NCBI GenBank assembly: GCA_965223665.1
Contig: OZ245011.1
Location: 96,001 to 160,000, forward strand
Direction: 5' to 3'
Source: Nitrospinaceae bacterium
GTDB taxonomy: Bacteria; Nitrospinota; Nitrospinia; Nitrospinales; Nitrospinaceae
Length of the DNA stretch: 64,000 nt
The position numbers and the translations under genes were made by a program. The notes beneath the pieces are model-generated. The model worked only from the letters and a program-made list of their open reading frames with translations, was not told the DNA's origin and searched no databases. Positions 40,197 to 49,826 of the stretch are shown here, piece by piece. How positions within the stretch are numbered: the first letter of the stretch is position 1; each line of letters opens with the position of its first letter.

Positions 40197-42610
40197 AAAT
40201 AATTAATAATTTATCGAATCTTCTTTCTGTTAAAGAGATTCGGTGTTTCCGTGAATTTATTTATGAACTAAACCACTCTTCCTCAAAACATCTTTTAAGA
40301 AATGAAATTTTATTGAAGTTTAATGATTTCATATCTCAAAAAAATGGAAATGCACAGGTTGATCAATTAAAAAGTTTTTTATCTAAAACACAAGAAATGC
40401 TTTTAATGGATGAATTTGTTGTTTTGCTTTATCGAACTCGCGTGGCTAATTACGAATTTTATCGTATTCATGAGGGAGAAGATCAGATAGATTCACTGAC
40501 TTCGGAAGAATTTTTGGATTACCGGGAGACTCTTGCAGGTCAGTCCTATCTTCCTGCCGAGAAGAAATTACGTCTTGATTTTAAACCTTTTTATAGCTTT
40601 GGACCTGTTATCAGAGACCATCGCAAGATAGGTTCCGGACAAAGGTTTTTAAATAGTTTTATGGCTGGAAAACTACAAAATGAACCGGAAAAGTGGCACC
40701 ATTATTTATGCGAGTTTTTGAAAATTCACTCCATTAATGATGAACAAATTTTAATTGATGGAGAAGTAATTCAGGGACCTACCCACCTATTTGAAGCAGT
40801 TCAAAAAGCCATATCGCAATTAGAAGAATTAAATGCTGAATTGCCTACGCAGGAAATCAAAGGATTATTAAATGCTTTAGGAATCCGTGACGGTTTTGGA
40901 AATACTGTTGGCAAGACCTTAAGTAATCTCCAATTACTTGCGAATCTTTTTGAAGAACCCAACTCAGATTATTTAGAAGATTTCATCTCTACAATACCTA
41001 TGATTTCTCGAGTAGCTATCATTTCTCCTCATGGATGGTTTGGGCAGGATAATGTTTTAGGACGTCCAGATACGGGAGGGCAGGTTGTTTATATTCTTGA
41101 TCAAGTAAAGGCATTAGAAAAATTTTTAATGGAGTCGATGCAATCCGCTGGCTTGAAAGTTGAACCGAAAATAATAATATTAACAAGATTGATTCCTGAA
41201 AATGAGGGAACCACAAGTAACCAAAGGTTGGAGAAGGTTCATGGAACTAAAAATTGCTGGATACTGCGAGTGCCTTTTAGAGATGAGAACCAAAATATTA
41301 TTCCGCAATGGATTTCCCGATTTCATATTTGGCCCTTTTTGGAGCAATTTGCTTTAGATGCAAAAACAGAATTGCAAACCGAGTTAGGAGGTAAGCCGGA
41401 TTTAATTGTTGGGAATTATTCGGATGGAAATTTGGTGGCTTCCTTATTGTCTTCTTGGTTGGGGGTCATCCAATGTAATATTGCTCATGCCTTAGAAAAA
41501 TCCAAATATCTTTTTTCAGCGCTATATTGGAAGGAAAATGAGGAGGATTACAATTTCTCTCTTCAATTTACTTCTGATCTTCTTGCTATGAATCGTGCAG
41601 ATATTATTATTTCCAGTACAGCTCAGGAGATTGCAGGTACGGATACGGTAATGGGTCAATATGAATCGTATTGTCTATTCTCGATGCCGGATTTATATAA
41701 AGTTGTAAATGGAGTAAATTTATATCATCCAAAATTTAACGTGGTTTCTCCCGGTGTAGATGATGCTCTTTATTTTCCCTATGACCAGCATGAAAGGAGA
41801 ATGCAAAATCAAACTAAAGAACTTACCGAAAGATTATTTTATCAAAAGGGAAACGATATTTTTGGAGAATTAGAAGATCCGGAAAAAGTAACTATTTTTA
41901 CCATGGCTCGGTTAGATAAAATTAAAAACCTAACAGGATTGGTTGAGAGTTTTGGTGAAAATAAAAAACTTAGAGAAAAAGCAAATTTGATTTTGGTGAC
42001 ACGTGCAATTCGGGAAGAAGGAATTGTAGATGAAGAAGAGTTACATGAACTTAAAAAGATGTATCGGCTCATTGATGAATTCAATTTGTGGGGTAGTCTT
42101 CGGTGGATAGAAAACTCTTCACGTCAAAATGGTGCTGAAATGTATCGAATTGTTGGTGATCGGAAAGGGATATTTGTTCAGCCTGCATTATTCGAAGCAT
42201 TTGGATTGACGGTTTTAGAGTCCATGGCCACTGGTTTGCCCACTTTTGCCACACAATTTGGAGGTCCTTTAGAGATTATTCAGGATGGACAAAATGGTTT
42301 TTTGATCAATCCCACTCAAGCTTCCCTTCTTACCCAACCCATTTTAAAATTTTTGGAAAGATGCGAAGAGGATCCTACTTATTGGGAAAAAATTTCTAAA
42401 GCTGGCATTTCACGAGTTCAGGAAGCTTATACTTGGAAACTGTATTCTGAAAAACTAATCAAGTTTGCCAAGTTATATGGGTTTTGGAATTATTCAGAAT
42501 TTGGAGATGAGAAAAATGAAATAGATCAATATTGTTCATTGCTATTTCATTTAATCTATAAAGTTAGGGCAGAAAAACTATTAGGAATGAAAGAGGAAAT
42601 TAAAATTTAA
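40193..42610 (+). CDS. sus: Sucrose synthase
   Basis: ISPHGWFGQDNVLGRPDTGGQVVYILDQV, GNYSDGNLVA, AHALEK, MARLDKIKN, QPALFEAFGLTV; TTG start overlaps the sps stop. Confidence 0.95.
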   Translation: MKIINNLSNLLSVKEIRCFREFIYELNHSSSKHLLRNEILLKFNDFISQKNGNAQVDQLKSFLSKTQEMLLMDEFVVLLYRTRVANYEFYRIHEGEDQIDSLTSEEFLDYRETLAGQSYLPAEKKLRLDFKPFYSFGPVIRDHRKIGSGQRFLNSFMAGKLQNEPEKWHHYLCEFLKIHSINDEQILIDGEVIQGPTHLFEAVQKAISQLEELNAELPTQEIKGLLNALGIRDGFGNTVGKTLSNLQLLANLFEEPNSDYLEDFISTIPMISRVAIISPHGWFGQDNVLGRPDTGGQVVYILDQVKALEKFLMESMQSAGLKVEPKIIILTRLIPENEGTTSNQRLEKVHGTKNCWILRVPFRDENQNIIPQWISRFHIWPFLEQFALDAKTELQTELGGKPDLIVGNYSDGNLVASLLSSWLGVIQCNIAHALEKSKYLFSALYWKENEEDYNFSLQFTSDLLAMNRADIIISSTAQEIAGTDTVMGQYESYCLFSMPDLYKVVNGVNLYHPKFNVVSPGVDDALYFPYDQHERRMQNQTKELTERLFYQKGNDIFGELEDPEKVTIFTMARLDKIKNLTGLVESFGENKKLREKANLILVTRAIREEGIVDEEELHELKKMYRLIDEFNLWGSLRWIENSSRQNGAEMYRIVGDRKGIFVQPALFEAFGLTVLESMATGLPTFATQFGGPLEIIQDGQNGFLINPTQASLLTQPILKFLERCEEDPTYWEKISKAGISRVQEAYTWKLYSEKLIKFAKLYGFWNYSEFGDEKNEIDQYCSLLFHLIYKVRAEKLLGMKEEIKI

Positions 42611-42613
42611 GAA

Positions 42614-43075
42614 TCAACGAATCCAAACTAGAGGCCTATAAACCCATGCTTTGTCTCCTACCGCATCAACTACACGGACCCAATTATTTTTGACTCGAAG
42701 TACCTTCATTGAAAAGTATTTATCTACAGGACTCCATCGGACCGCGGGGAACTTTGTTCCAGGCCCGGTACGTAAGTTCGTTTTATTTTGTTTGATGACA
42801 GCGCATTTGATTTTTTTAGTAGTCAATCGTTGGTGAACCCAATAGATATCCCCATCCAAATCTTTAATTCGAAGCCAATTCTTTTTCTTTGCAAGTTGTT
42901 TGAAAGGCATGTATTTATAAACTTCCCAAACTTTCTCATATTTAAGACCAGGACCTTTCCTTAAATTTGCTCTTTTTTCTTTAATACATAAAGCTTCGCT
43001 ACTGTTTGAAAAAAGAACTGTTAAAAGGGACAAAAAAAGGAAAATGTTAATGGATTTTTGCAATAAACGGTACAT
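42614..43075 (-). CDS. Exported tandem bacterial SH3 domain protein
   Basis: Two repeats ANLRKGPG / TNLRTGPG...W.RV.D..G...WV; signal peptide; start 43075 or 43081 rather than 43234. Confidence 0.85.
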   Translation of the reverse strand: MYRLLQKSINIFLFLSLLTVLFSNSSEALCIKEKRANLRKGPGLKYEKVWEVYKYMPFKQLAKKKNWLRIKDLDGDIYWVHQRLTTKKIKCAVIKQNKTNLRTGPGTKFPAVRWSPVDKYFSMKVLRVKNNWVRVVDAVGDKAWVYRPLVWIR

Positions 43076-43358
43076 TGTCATAGATAAAAAAATGGAAATA
43101 TAAAGGATATGAAATGGATTCGTTAAGAATTGGATTAAAAAAAATGGAACTCCAGTTTTCAGCAAATGGGCTAAAACTATTGGTTTCCGTCTCCCATTGA
43201 AACTTAGCTTAACATGCTTAAGTTCAAGATTCAATTTTCTAATATTTTCTCCATCGGTTATAAAAAATATTGTATTTATTTAACCTTGGTTGACGCGTTG
43301 ATAGCCCTGATTTACTATCAAGGAGAAACTAAATTTGGAATAAAAAATTACCCCCAAA

Positions 43359-44498
43359 ATGATTTTTTTAAACTTTTTGCAATTTTTCTTGATATTGGGA
43401 GTTGTGACTTACCTCGCTACAAACCTTGTCCATTTAGTAAGAGTTCAGGTCGCCAAGGGAGGCTTATCGTTTATGCCTTTAGTATCAGTTTGCGTTCCTG
43501 CTCGAAATGAGGAACGCGATATTGAGAATTGCTTACGTTCATTGCTTTCACAGGATTATCCGAATTTTGAAATAATAGTTGTCGATGATGGGTCTACTGA
43601 TAATACTTCCCTAATTTTAGAAAAATTAAAAACAGAATTTCCTGAATTAATCGTTATTTCCAGCGGTCCTTTGCCTACCGATTGGTATGGAAAACCCTAT
43701 GCTTTGCACCAAGCGAGTCAAATTGCTAAGGGAGAGATTTTATTATTTACTGATGCGGATCCTGTTTTCGAAAAAGAGGCTTTGATATCGGCCGTTTACA
43801 TGATGAACAGCAATCAATTAGGTTTGTTATCTTTAATGCCTCGTGCAGAATTTAAATCATTTTGGGAAAAAGCAGTTCAACCCTTAATCTTTGCATTTAT
43901 TGCAGGATTAACGCGTTTTAAAAATGTGAATAATTCTAATCACCCCTCTGCAATGGGAGTGGGAGCCTTTTTAATGATTCGGAAAGGAGTTTATCAAAAT
44001 ATTGGAGGCCATGAGATTTTAAAGCAGGCGATATTGGAAGATATTGGTTTAGCAAAATTGGCTAAGCAATATGGAGCGAAAACTATGATTGCGGACGCCA
44101 AGAACATCTATTCTATTCGAATGTATCATTCGTTAGGGGAGATTTGGGAAGGTTGGCGGAAGAATATTTTTTTGGCTTTAAAAAAATCTGTCTTAAAAAC
44201 TTTATATTATGTATTTTTGATATTAGGGTTTTTGGTGACACCTTGGATTCTTCTATTTTATAACATAGTTGTAGGTGCAAGTCTTTGGCTTATATTTTTA
44301 AGCGGTATAGGAGTATTTTTATTAATAATGGCCGAATTGTCATTGTGTCACGAGCTGGGTTTAGAGAAGCATAACTTATTGTGGTTTCCATTAGGGGCCA
44401 TTGTAATGTGTGGAATATTTATGAATTCTATGTTTTATATCTTGATCAGGAGAGAGTCCCAGTGGAGAGGAAGAATTTATAGAAATCCTATAAAGTAG
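43359..44498 (+). CDS. GT2 glycosyltransferase (HpnB/CruC-like, lipid acceptor)
   Basis: VPARNEE, VDDGSTD, W.GKPYAL, FTDAD, ILED, RMY..L..IWEGW.KN, QWRGR. Confidence 0.85.
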   Translation: MIFLNFLQFFLILGVVTYLATNLVHLVRVQVAKGGLSFMPLVSVCVPARNEERDIENCLRSLLSQDYPNFEIIVVDDGSTDNTSLILEKLKTEFPELIVISSGPLPTDWYGKPYALHQASQIAKGEILLFTDADPVFEKEALISAVYMMNSNQLGLLSLMPRAEFKSFWEKAVQPLIFAFIAGLTRFKNVNNSNHPSAMGVGAFLMIRKGVYQNIGGHEILKQAILEDIGLAKLAKQYGAKTMIADAKNIYSIRMYHSLGEIWEGWRKNIFLALKKSVLKTLYYVFLILGFLVTPWILLFYNIVVGASLWLIFLSGIGVFLLIMAELSLCHELGLEKHNLLWFPLGAIVMCGIFMNSMFYILIRRESQWRGRIYRNPIK

Positions 44499-44564
44499 AC
44501 TTATTAGTAAATAAAATTTGTTTTTGAATTATTAAGATAAGCATGTAATCAAGGAATTTAAAGT

Positions 44565-45500
44565 ATGGACATTTACGCAAAATGGTTTACCAAAGCTGGA
44601 CTTATTTATTTAATTATTGGTGTTTTTCTAGGTATAGGAATAGGAGTTTCTCCTGAATGGGGTCAAAGGTTGCGTTTTGTTCACATACATTTCAATTTAT
44701 TGGGATTTATGACCATGATGATTGCCGGTGTGGCTTATCACGTTTTGCCACGATTTAATGCAAACCCTGTTCCCTGGCCGGATGGGGTTAAATATCATTT
44801 TTATTTACAGAACATTGGATTGTTGGGAATGTGTGGAGTGCATTTGGCTGGAGGAATTTGGAGTGGAGGAGGCCTTCAAGTATTATTTGTGGTCTTTGCT
44901 CTTATAGCTGGTGGAGGAGTATCCATTATGTTTTATAATTTGTATATGGTTTTACAACCGGGAAAAAGTTCTGAAACCAATGCAATCAATCCCCAAATGA
45001 AAGTCGGAGACATTTTAGATAAGTTTCCACATACTCTCCAATTATTTATTGCTAATGGATTTAATTCATTAAATAACCCGGTAGCTCGAAAAACTTTTGC
45101 TCAAATGGTGAGTCTCGAAAATGCTTGTAAAAAACATGGTGTGAATTTAAGCGAGTTTATGCAGAAATTAAATAGTGTTGTGCAATCCTCCTCGGGAACT
45201 AGGCCGAGAGATTCTGAAAAGAAGACTGAATCTTCTTCGATAAAAAGTGGAGAGGTTCCGGTAGGTAAAACAATTAATAGAGGGGAATTTTGTACTTTGG
45301 ATGTAATGGTTGGAAGTTTAATCAAGGTTTATCCTCAAACGAAGGGCATATTTGAAAAACACTATGGAGAGGATTGCTTTTCCTGTCCAGGTCAGGTCTT
45401 TGAAACTATTGAGCAAACGGCAAATATGCATAATCTGAGCCCTGATCAAATATTAAAGGAAATCAATGAAGAGATTTCTATTTCCTTAAAGGATTCATAA
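44565..45500 (+). CDS. Membrane protein (heme-copper-oxidase-subunit-I-like 4-TM fragment) fused to two DUF1858/ScdA_N-like domains
   Basis: VHIHFNLLGF...GVAYHVLPRF TM block; MKVGDILDKFP...SLENACKKHG; VGSLIKVYP...CFSCPG...ETIEQ.A.MH. Confidence 0.72.
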   Translation: MDIYAKWFTKAGLIYLIIGVFLGIGIGVSPEWGQRLRFVHIHFNLLGFMTMMIAGVAYHVLPRFNANPVPWPDGVKYHFYLQNIGLLGMCGVHLAGGIWSGGGLQVLFVVFALIAGGGVSIMFYNLYMVLQPGKSSETNAINPQMKVGDILDKFPHTLQLFIANGFNSLNNPVARKTFAQMVSLENACKKHGVNLSEFMQKLNSVVQSSSGTRPRDSEKKTESSSIKSGEVPVGKTINRGEFCTLDVMVGSLIKVYPQTKGIFEKHYGEDCFSCPGQVFETIEQTANMHNLSPDQILKEINEEISISLKDS

Positions 45501-45502
45501 TC

Positions 45503-45829
45503 GTGGGAGAAAATACATTTAAAGATTTTGTGCTAGATCAATTAGAGGAGTTAGAGGGCCTTAGATCCCAAGCTATGTTTGGTGGCTATGGTTTATACAG
45601 TTATGATGTGTTTTTTGGCATCATTTCCAAGGGGCGATTATATTTCAAAACCAATTCAATTTCGCGATCTAGATATGAAAAAGAGGGCATGAGATCTTTC
45701 CAACCCAACTCCAAGCAAACTCTGAAAAATTATTTTGAAGTACCACCAACACAAATTGAAATGAAAGATGAGTTAAGGGAATGGGCTAGAGAGTCTATTG
45801 GTTTAAAGGCCATGGGTGATAAAACTTGA
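45503..45829 (+). CDS. TfoX/Sxy N-terminal domain protein
   Basis: AMFGGYGLY, FFGII...LYFK, YFEVP, L.EWA. Confidence 0.88.
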   Translation: MGENTFKDFVLDQLEELEGLRSQAMFGGYGLYSYDVFFGIISKGRLYFKTNSISRSRYEKEGMRSFQPNSKQTLKNYFEVPPTQIEMKDELREWARESIGLKAMGDKT

Positions 45830-46238
45830 GAAATATTTTTTAGTCTTTACACTCAAATAAAATTAGTGAATTGAAAAAACAAGTGATCTCCTAATTTGAA
45901 AGAAGTATTTTGTTTAAAGTATTGCTTTAACTTTTACATTTATTTTTTTCTTGAATGATATAAATAAAACCTTTGAAATCAACTAATTAGTAATCGATGT
46001 TTTTGGGTTTTTAAAAAAAAGAGGGTTAAGCGATATTTAATTAGTGAATGGAGGAAACTTGTGTTAAAAGGTTATTAGAGGAGGAAAGGTTTCTAGGACT
46101 GGGGATGAAATTCTTCCCGATTTTCAAGGTTTTTTTATTAGTGTTTCCCCTGTTTGGCCGACCTCATTTATAAATTGGGAACGCGGTTGTTTAGGTTTCG
46201 TGGTATTCCCCCAACTTGGTTTAAGGAGCAAAAGTGTT

Positions 46239-46439
46239 ATGGCTGTGGGTAAGGTAAAATGGTTTAACGAAAGTAAAGGTTTTGGTTTTATTGAATCACA
46301 AGATGGAGAAGACATCTTCGTTCATTTCTCAGAAATTCAGGCGAAAGGATTTAAGACTTTGAAAGAAGGTCAAGAAGTTGAGTTTGAAAAAACTATGGGG
46401 AAAAAGGGCCCCCAAGCCTCCAACGTTATTCCCAAATAA
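46239..46439 (+). CDS. csp: Cold-shock protein
   Basis: [38 protein letters not shown] before ATG 46239. Confidence 0.96.
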   Translation: MAVGKVKWFNESKGFGFIESQDGEDIFVHFSEIQAKGFKTLKEGQEVEFEKTMGKKGPQASNVIPK

Positions 46440-46454
46440 AACCGTTTAATCTAG

Positions 46455-46497
46455 AAAAATCCCCAGCAGGAAGAACCCCCTGCTGGGGATTTTTTTT
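46455..46497. terminator. Bidirectional intrinsic terminator between csp and the desaturase gene
   Basis: AAAAATCCCCAGCAGG / CCTGCTGGGGATTTTT inverted repeat, with a T-tract on + and an A-tract before the stem. Confidence 0.92.
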
Positions 46498-46520
46498 GAA
46501 GTATTTTAGTGAATAAAAAG

Positions 46521-47645
46521 TTATCCAGAAAATAGTTTCCTTATTTTTATAAAGGGATATATCATTTGAGACCAAAAATGATTGTCCAGCTTCTCACCAA
46601 ATAATCCATAGGACTTTGGTTCATTTTTGTCTTTAGGTAAGTAAAATGTGCCAAAAACCCAGTCGATTCCTGAAAAGAAAGTTGCATAATTTTTGTTGTA
46701 AACCTCGGTGTCCGAATGGTGCCACCTATGGAAAAGTGGGGTGGCAAATACGAAGTTAAGAAAACCGTAAGATATCTTTACATTAGAGTGAATGTACATT
46801 CCATAAGCACGCCGAAACGGCATGCAAAGAGAATACACAAAGGGATCTTCAAAAAATAATATTAAAGTGGTCAGACTAAATAAATAGGAAATATGATTAT
46901 TAATGGGATGGAATCTTTCATTGGTGAGCCAATCCAATTCCTTAGGTGCGTGATGAATTGTATGAAAAGGCCAAAGAAATTTAGAATGCATCCAGCGATG
47001 TCTCCAGTATCCTACAAAATCCACCAAGAAAGTTGCCAGTAATAATTGAAAAAATATTGGCCAATTGACAATGGATTTTCTTAACTGGAAAAACCAACCA
47101 CTCCATCCTTCAGTGGCTTTTCCAGAAAATTGCTCGTTCACTAAATGTAATTTAACGATCGACTTTTGGGTTGCGGAATTGGATATTGAATTTGGAGAAG
47201 GTTGAGCTAAAGCTTGGGTAATGAAGGTTTTGGTTATAATCAAACCAGGGTGTTTTTCCAGGATGATAAAATGATCATTCCCCTTGAAATTTTTCTCAGG
47301 AACATATGAAAAACTCCCTATAGAATCAAATTTTATTTTTCCAAATTTCGGGTGTTCTTTTAAAGAATATTCAGTCTTATTGACTTCGTTTACTTTTCCT
47401 TGAGAAGGTGTTATTCCCCAAAAATTATTTATTAGTACCATTTGAAGTAAAAAACTTGCAGGATAAATGAGGATAGGTAGGACATAAGAATAAATCAAAT
47501 CCAGATAAGTATCTTTCCTCAATAACTTTTGTTTTTGATGCGCAGGGATCAGAATTTCAAGAAGAATAAAGAAAGCTCCTGCCCATAAAAGTATGCGGGT
47601 ATGCGGCCAAAAATATGACTCAATGTAATTAATGAAATCTATCAA
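46521..47645 (-). CDS. Sterol desaturase / fatty acid hydroxylase family protein with an inserted soluble segment
   Basis: His boxes HRWMH, HTIHH, RFHP, HSN, HRWHH; NYA...DWVFGT. Confidence 0.88.
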   Translation of the reverse strand: MIDFINYIESYFWPHTRILLWAGAFFILLEILIPAHQKQKLLRKDTYLDLIYSYVLPILIYPASFLLQMVLINNFWGITPSQGKVNEVNKTEYSLKEHPKFGKIKFDSIGSFSYVPEKNFKGNDHFIILEKHPGLIITKTFITQALAQPSPNSISNSATQKSIVKLHLVNEQFSGKATEGWSGWFFQLRKSIVNWPIFFQLLLATFLVDFVGYWRHRWMHSKFLWPFHTIHHAPKELDWLTNERFHPINNHISYLFSLTTLILFFEDPFVYSLCMPFRRAYGMYIHSNVKISYGFLNFVFATPLFHRWHHSDTEVYNKNYATFFSGIDWVFGTFYLPKDKNEPKSYGLFGEKLDNHFWSQMIYPFIKIRKLFSG

Positions 47646-47794
47646 TATAGCCCTTAATACCTAATGTGATTTCTAAAGTATTTTTTTTAGGTTAAGGGGT
47701 ATTTAAAAATTGAGCAAGTTGATTGAAATGTTGAAGGGGGAATCATGATTGATTTTTTGGGAAATACCTTTTAAGACTAGGAAAAATTAATCCC

Positions 47795-48586
47795 CTATTC
47801 ATTGATTTTTTTCGCTTCTTGCCAATATTCTTCCATTTGTCCAAGGGGGGTTTCTGTTAAGGTTTTACCTGAGCTTTTAACCTTTTGCTCAATATATTTA
47901 AAACGTTGGATGAACTTTTTGTTTGTTAAGCGCAAGGCTTCTTCAGCATCTATTTTTTTGAAACGTCCAATATTTACCAATACAAATAATAAGTCCCCAA
48001 ACTCTTCAGTAATCTCTTTATTGTTATCCCTCTTTAATGCTTCTTTAAATTCATTTATTTCTTCATTTAATTTTTCAAGAACATCATCAATTCGATCCCA
48101 ATCGAATCCCTGCTTAGCAGCTTTCTTTTGTAACTTTTGAGCCCGGGCCAAGGAGGGTAAATTTTTGGGGACATTGTCTAGAATGGATGGATTATCTTTA
48201 TTGGTTTTTTCCTTTTTTTTGATGTCTTCCCATTGTTCAATTACTTCATCAGGAGTTTCTAGTTTTTCTTTAGCAAATACATGAGGGTGCCGTCGAACCA
48301 TTTTTTCACTCAGATTTTCTATAACCTCACTAATACCAAATTCGTTTAGATTCTCAGAAATTTTTGAATGAAATAAAATTTGATACAATAAATCTCCAAG
48401 CTCGTCTTTTATTTTCTCTGGGTTATTGCTGTCTAAGGCATCAAGAGTTTCGTAGCTTTCTTCCACAAGGTAGGGTTTTAGAGATTCACGGGTCTGGACC
48501 CGATCCCAAGGACATCCATTTTCTCCCATAAGTGTATCGACAATGCGCATTAGCTTGCTAAAGGCTTCTCCAGGGTTATTATCCAT
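47795..48586 (-). CDS. mazG: Nucleoside triphosphate pyrophosphohydrolase MazG
   Basis: GCPWD, EESYE, DELGDLL, RRHPHVF, GFDW, EFGDLLF. Confidence 0.96.
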   Translation of the reverse strand: MDNNPGEAFSKLMRIVDTLMGENGCPWDRVQTRESLKPYLVEESYETLDALDSNNPEKIKDELGDLLYQILFHSKISENLNEFGISEVIENLSEKMVRRHPHVFAKEKLETPDEVIEQWEDIKKKEKTNKDNPSILDNVPKNLPSLARAQKLQKKAAKQGFDWDRIDDVLEKLNEEINEFKEALKRDNNKEITEEFGDLLFVLVNIGRFKKIDAEEALRLTNKKFIQRFKYIEQKVKSSGKTLTETPLGQMEEYWQEAKKINE

Positions 48587-48613
48587 TTAATAAAGATTCC
48601 TTAAGGTAAAAGA

Positions 48614-49753
48614 TTAGGAAATAAACTCAAGGATTACAGTGTCTGCCAAAAGCAATCCTTTATCAGTTAGAGTTAAATAGTTTTCTTCAAAACTTATTAA
48701 ATTGTTCTTCAAAAGTTTCTCAATGACATCCGAGTATACGGATTGAATAGAAACTTTAAACTTTTGTTCGAATTGATTTAGGTTGACCCCAGACCGCATT
48801 CGAAGACCCAACATTAGGGTTTCCCCCATGGATTGTTTTTTATTTAGCTTTTCTTCACTTTGAGCTGCGGTTCCATGGTTTTGGACTTCCTTAATATAGT
48901 GTGCAGGTAGATTATAATTTTTATGTCTCACTCCATTTAAATATGAGGTTGCTCCAGCCCCGAGACCCAGGTATTCTCCATTTTCCCAATAAAGAATATT
49001 ATGCCGGCACTCCCTTCCTGATTTGGAGTAGTTAGAAATTTCATAATGGTTATAACCCGCATTTAAAAGAATTCGAATAGTGGTTTGGAATTGTGATAAT
49101 TGAGAATCTTCTGAAGGCATTACCAAATCTCCACAATCTTGATATTTATAAAAGCGAGTGCCAGGTTCAATCGTTAAATTATAAGCAGAAATATGCTCTG
49201 GGTTCAGAGCTATAGCTAACTTTAAATTTTTTTCCCAGGTTGACAGGGTCTGATTCGGTAGAGAAAACATAAGGTCTAAAGATAAATTATCAAAATCAGC
49301 TTCCCTGGCTTTTTCCACAGTTGAATAAATTTCATCCACATTATGTGTTCGTTCTAAATATATTAACTCTTCCGGAGAGAAAGATTGAACTCCAATACTT
49401 ATACGATTAAATCCAGCTTCTTTTAATATCTTTAATTCTTTTCCATCAATGGTAGCGGGATTTGCTTCAGTGGTGATTTCCGCATTTGGTACTACATCGA
49501 ATTCATTAAAGCAGGATTTTAAAATGTGACTTAAGGTATGAAAGGGGAGGGTAGTAGGTGTCCCACCACCAAAAAAAATACTGGAAATTTTTGTATTTTG
49601 AGATAAATTCTTAGAGTAATACATTAACTCGGCCAAAAGAGCATCTGTATAAGAATCCATTTCTTGTAGATTGATATCATGGGAGTTAAAATCGCAATAC
49701 CCACATTTGTGGATACAATAAGGTATATGAATGTAGATTCCTAATGGTCTCAT
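48614..49753 (-). CDS. hemW: Radical SAM heme chaperone HemW
   Basis: YIHIPYCIHKCGYCDF, GGGTP, EANP, YEISN, HNILYW (HNxxYW); start at MRPLG 49753. Confidence 0.92.
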   Translation of the reverse strand: MRPLGIYIHIPYCIHKCGYCDFNSHDINLQEMDSYTDALLAELMYYSKNLSQNTKISSIFFGGGTPTTLPFHTLSHILKSCFNEFDVVPNAEITTEANPATIDGKELKILKEAGFNRISIGVQSFSPEELIYLERTHNVDEIYSTVEKAREADFDNLSLDLMFSLPNQTLSTWEKNLKLAIALNPEHISAYNLTIEPGTRFYKYQDCGDLVMPSEDSQLSQFQTTIRILLNAGYNHYEISNYSKSGRECRHNILYWENGEYLGLGAGATSYLNGVRHKNYNLPAHYIKEVQNHGTAAQSEEKLNKKQSMGETLMLGLRMRSGVNLNQFEQKFKVSIQSVYSDVIEKLLKNNLISFEENYLTLTDKGLLLADTVILEFIS

Positions 49754-49826
49754 GATAGGTTCTTGGTTTATGTTATTACCTATAATACAATGCAATTCGC
49801 CAGCAGGTTTGAATTGATTTTTATAA

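Noticed and set aside
47795-48586. MazG as part of a toxin-antitoxin or anti-phage system
   Set aside because: Full tandem-domain housekeeping MazG co-oriented with hemW; no mazEF
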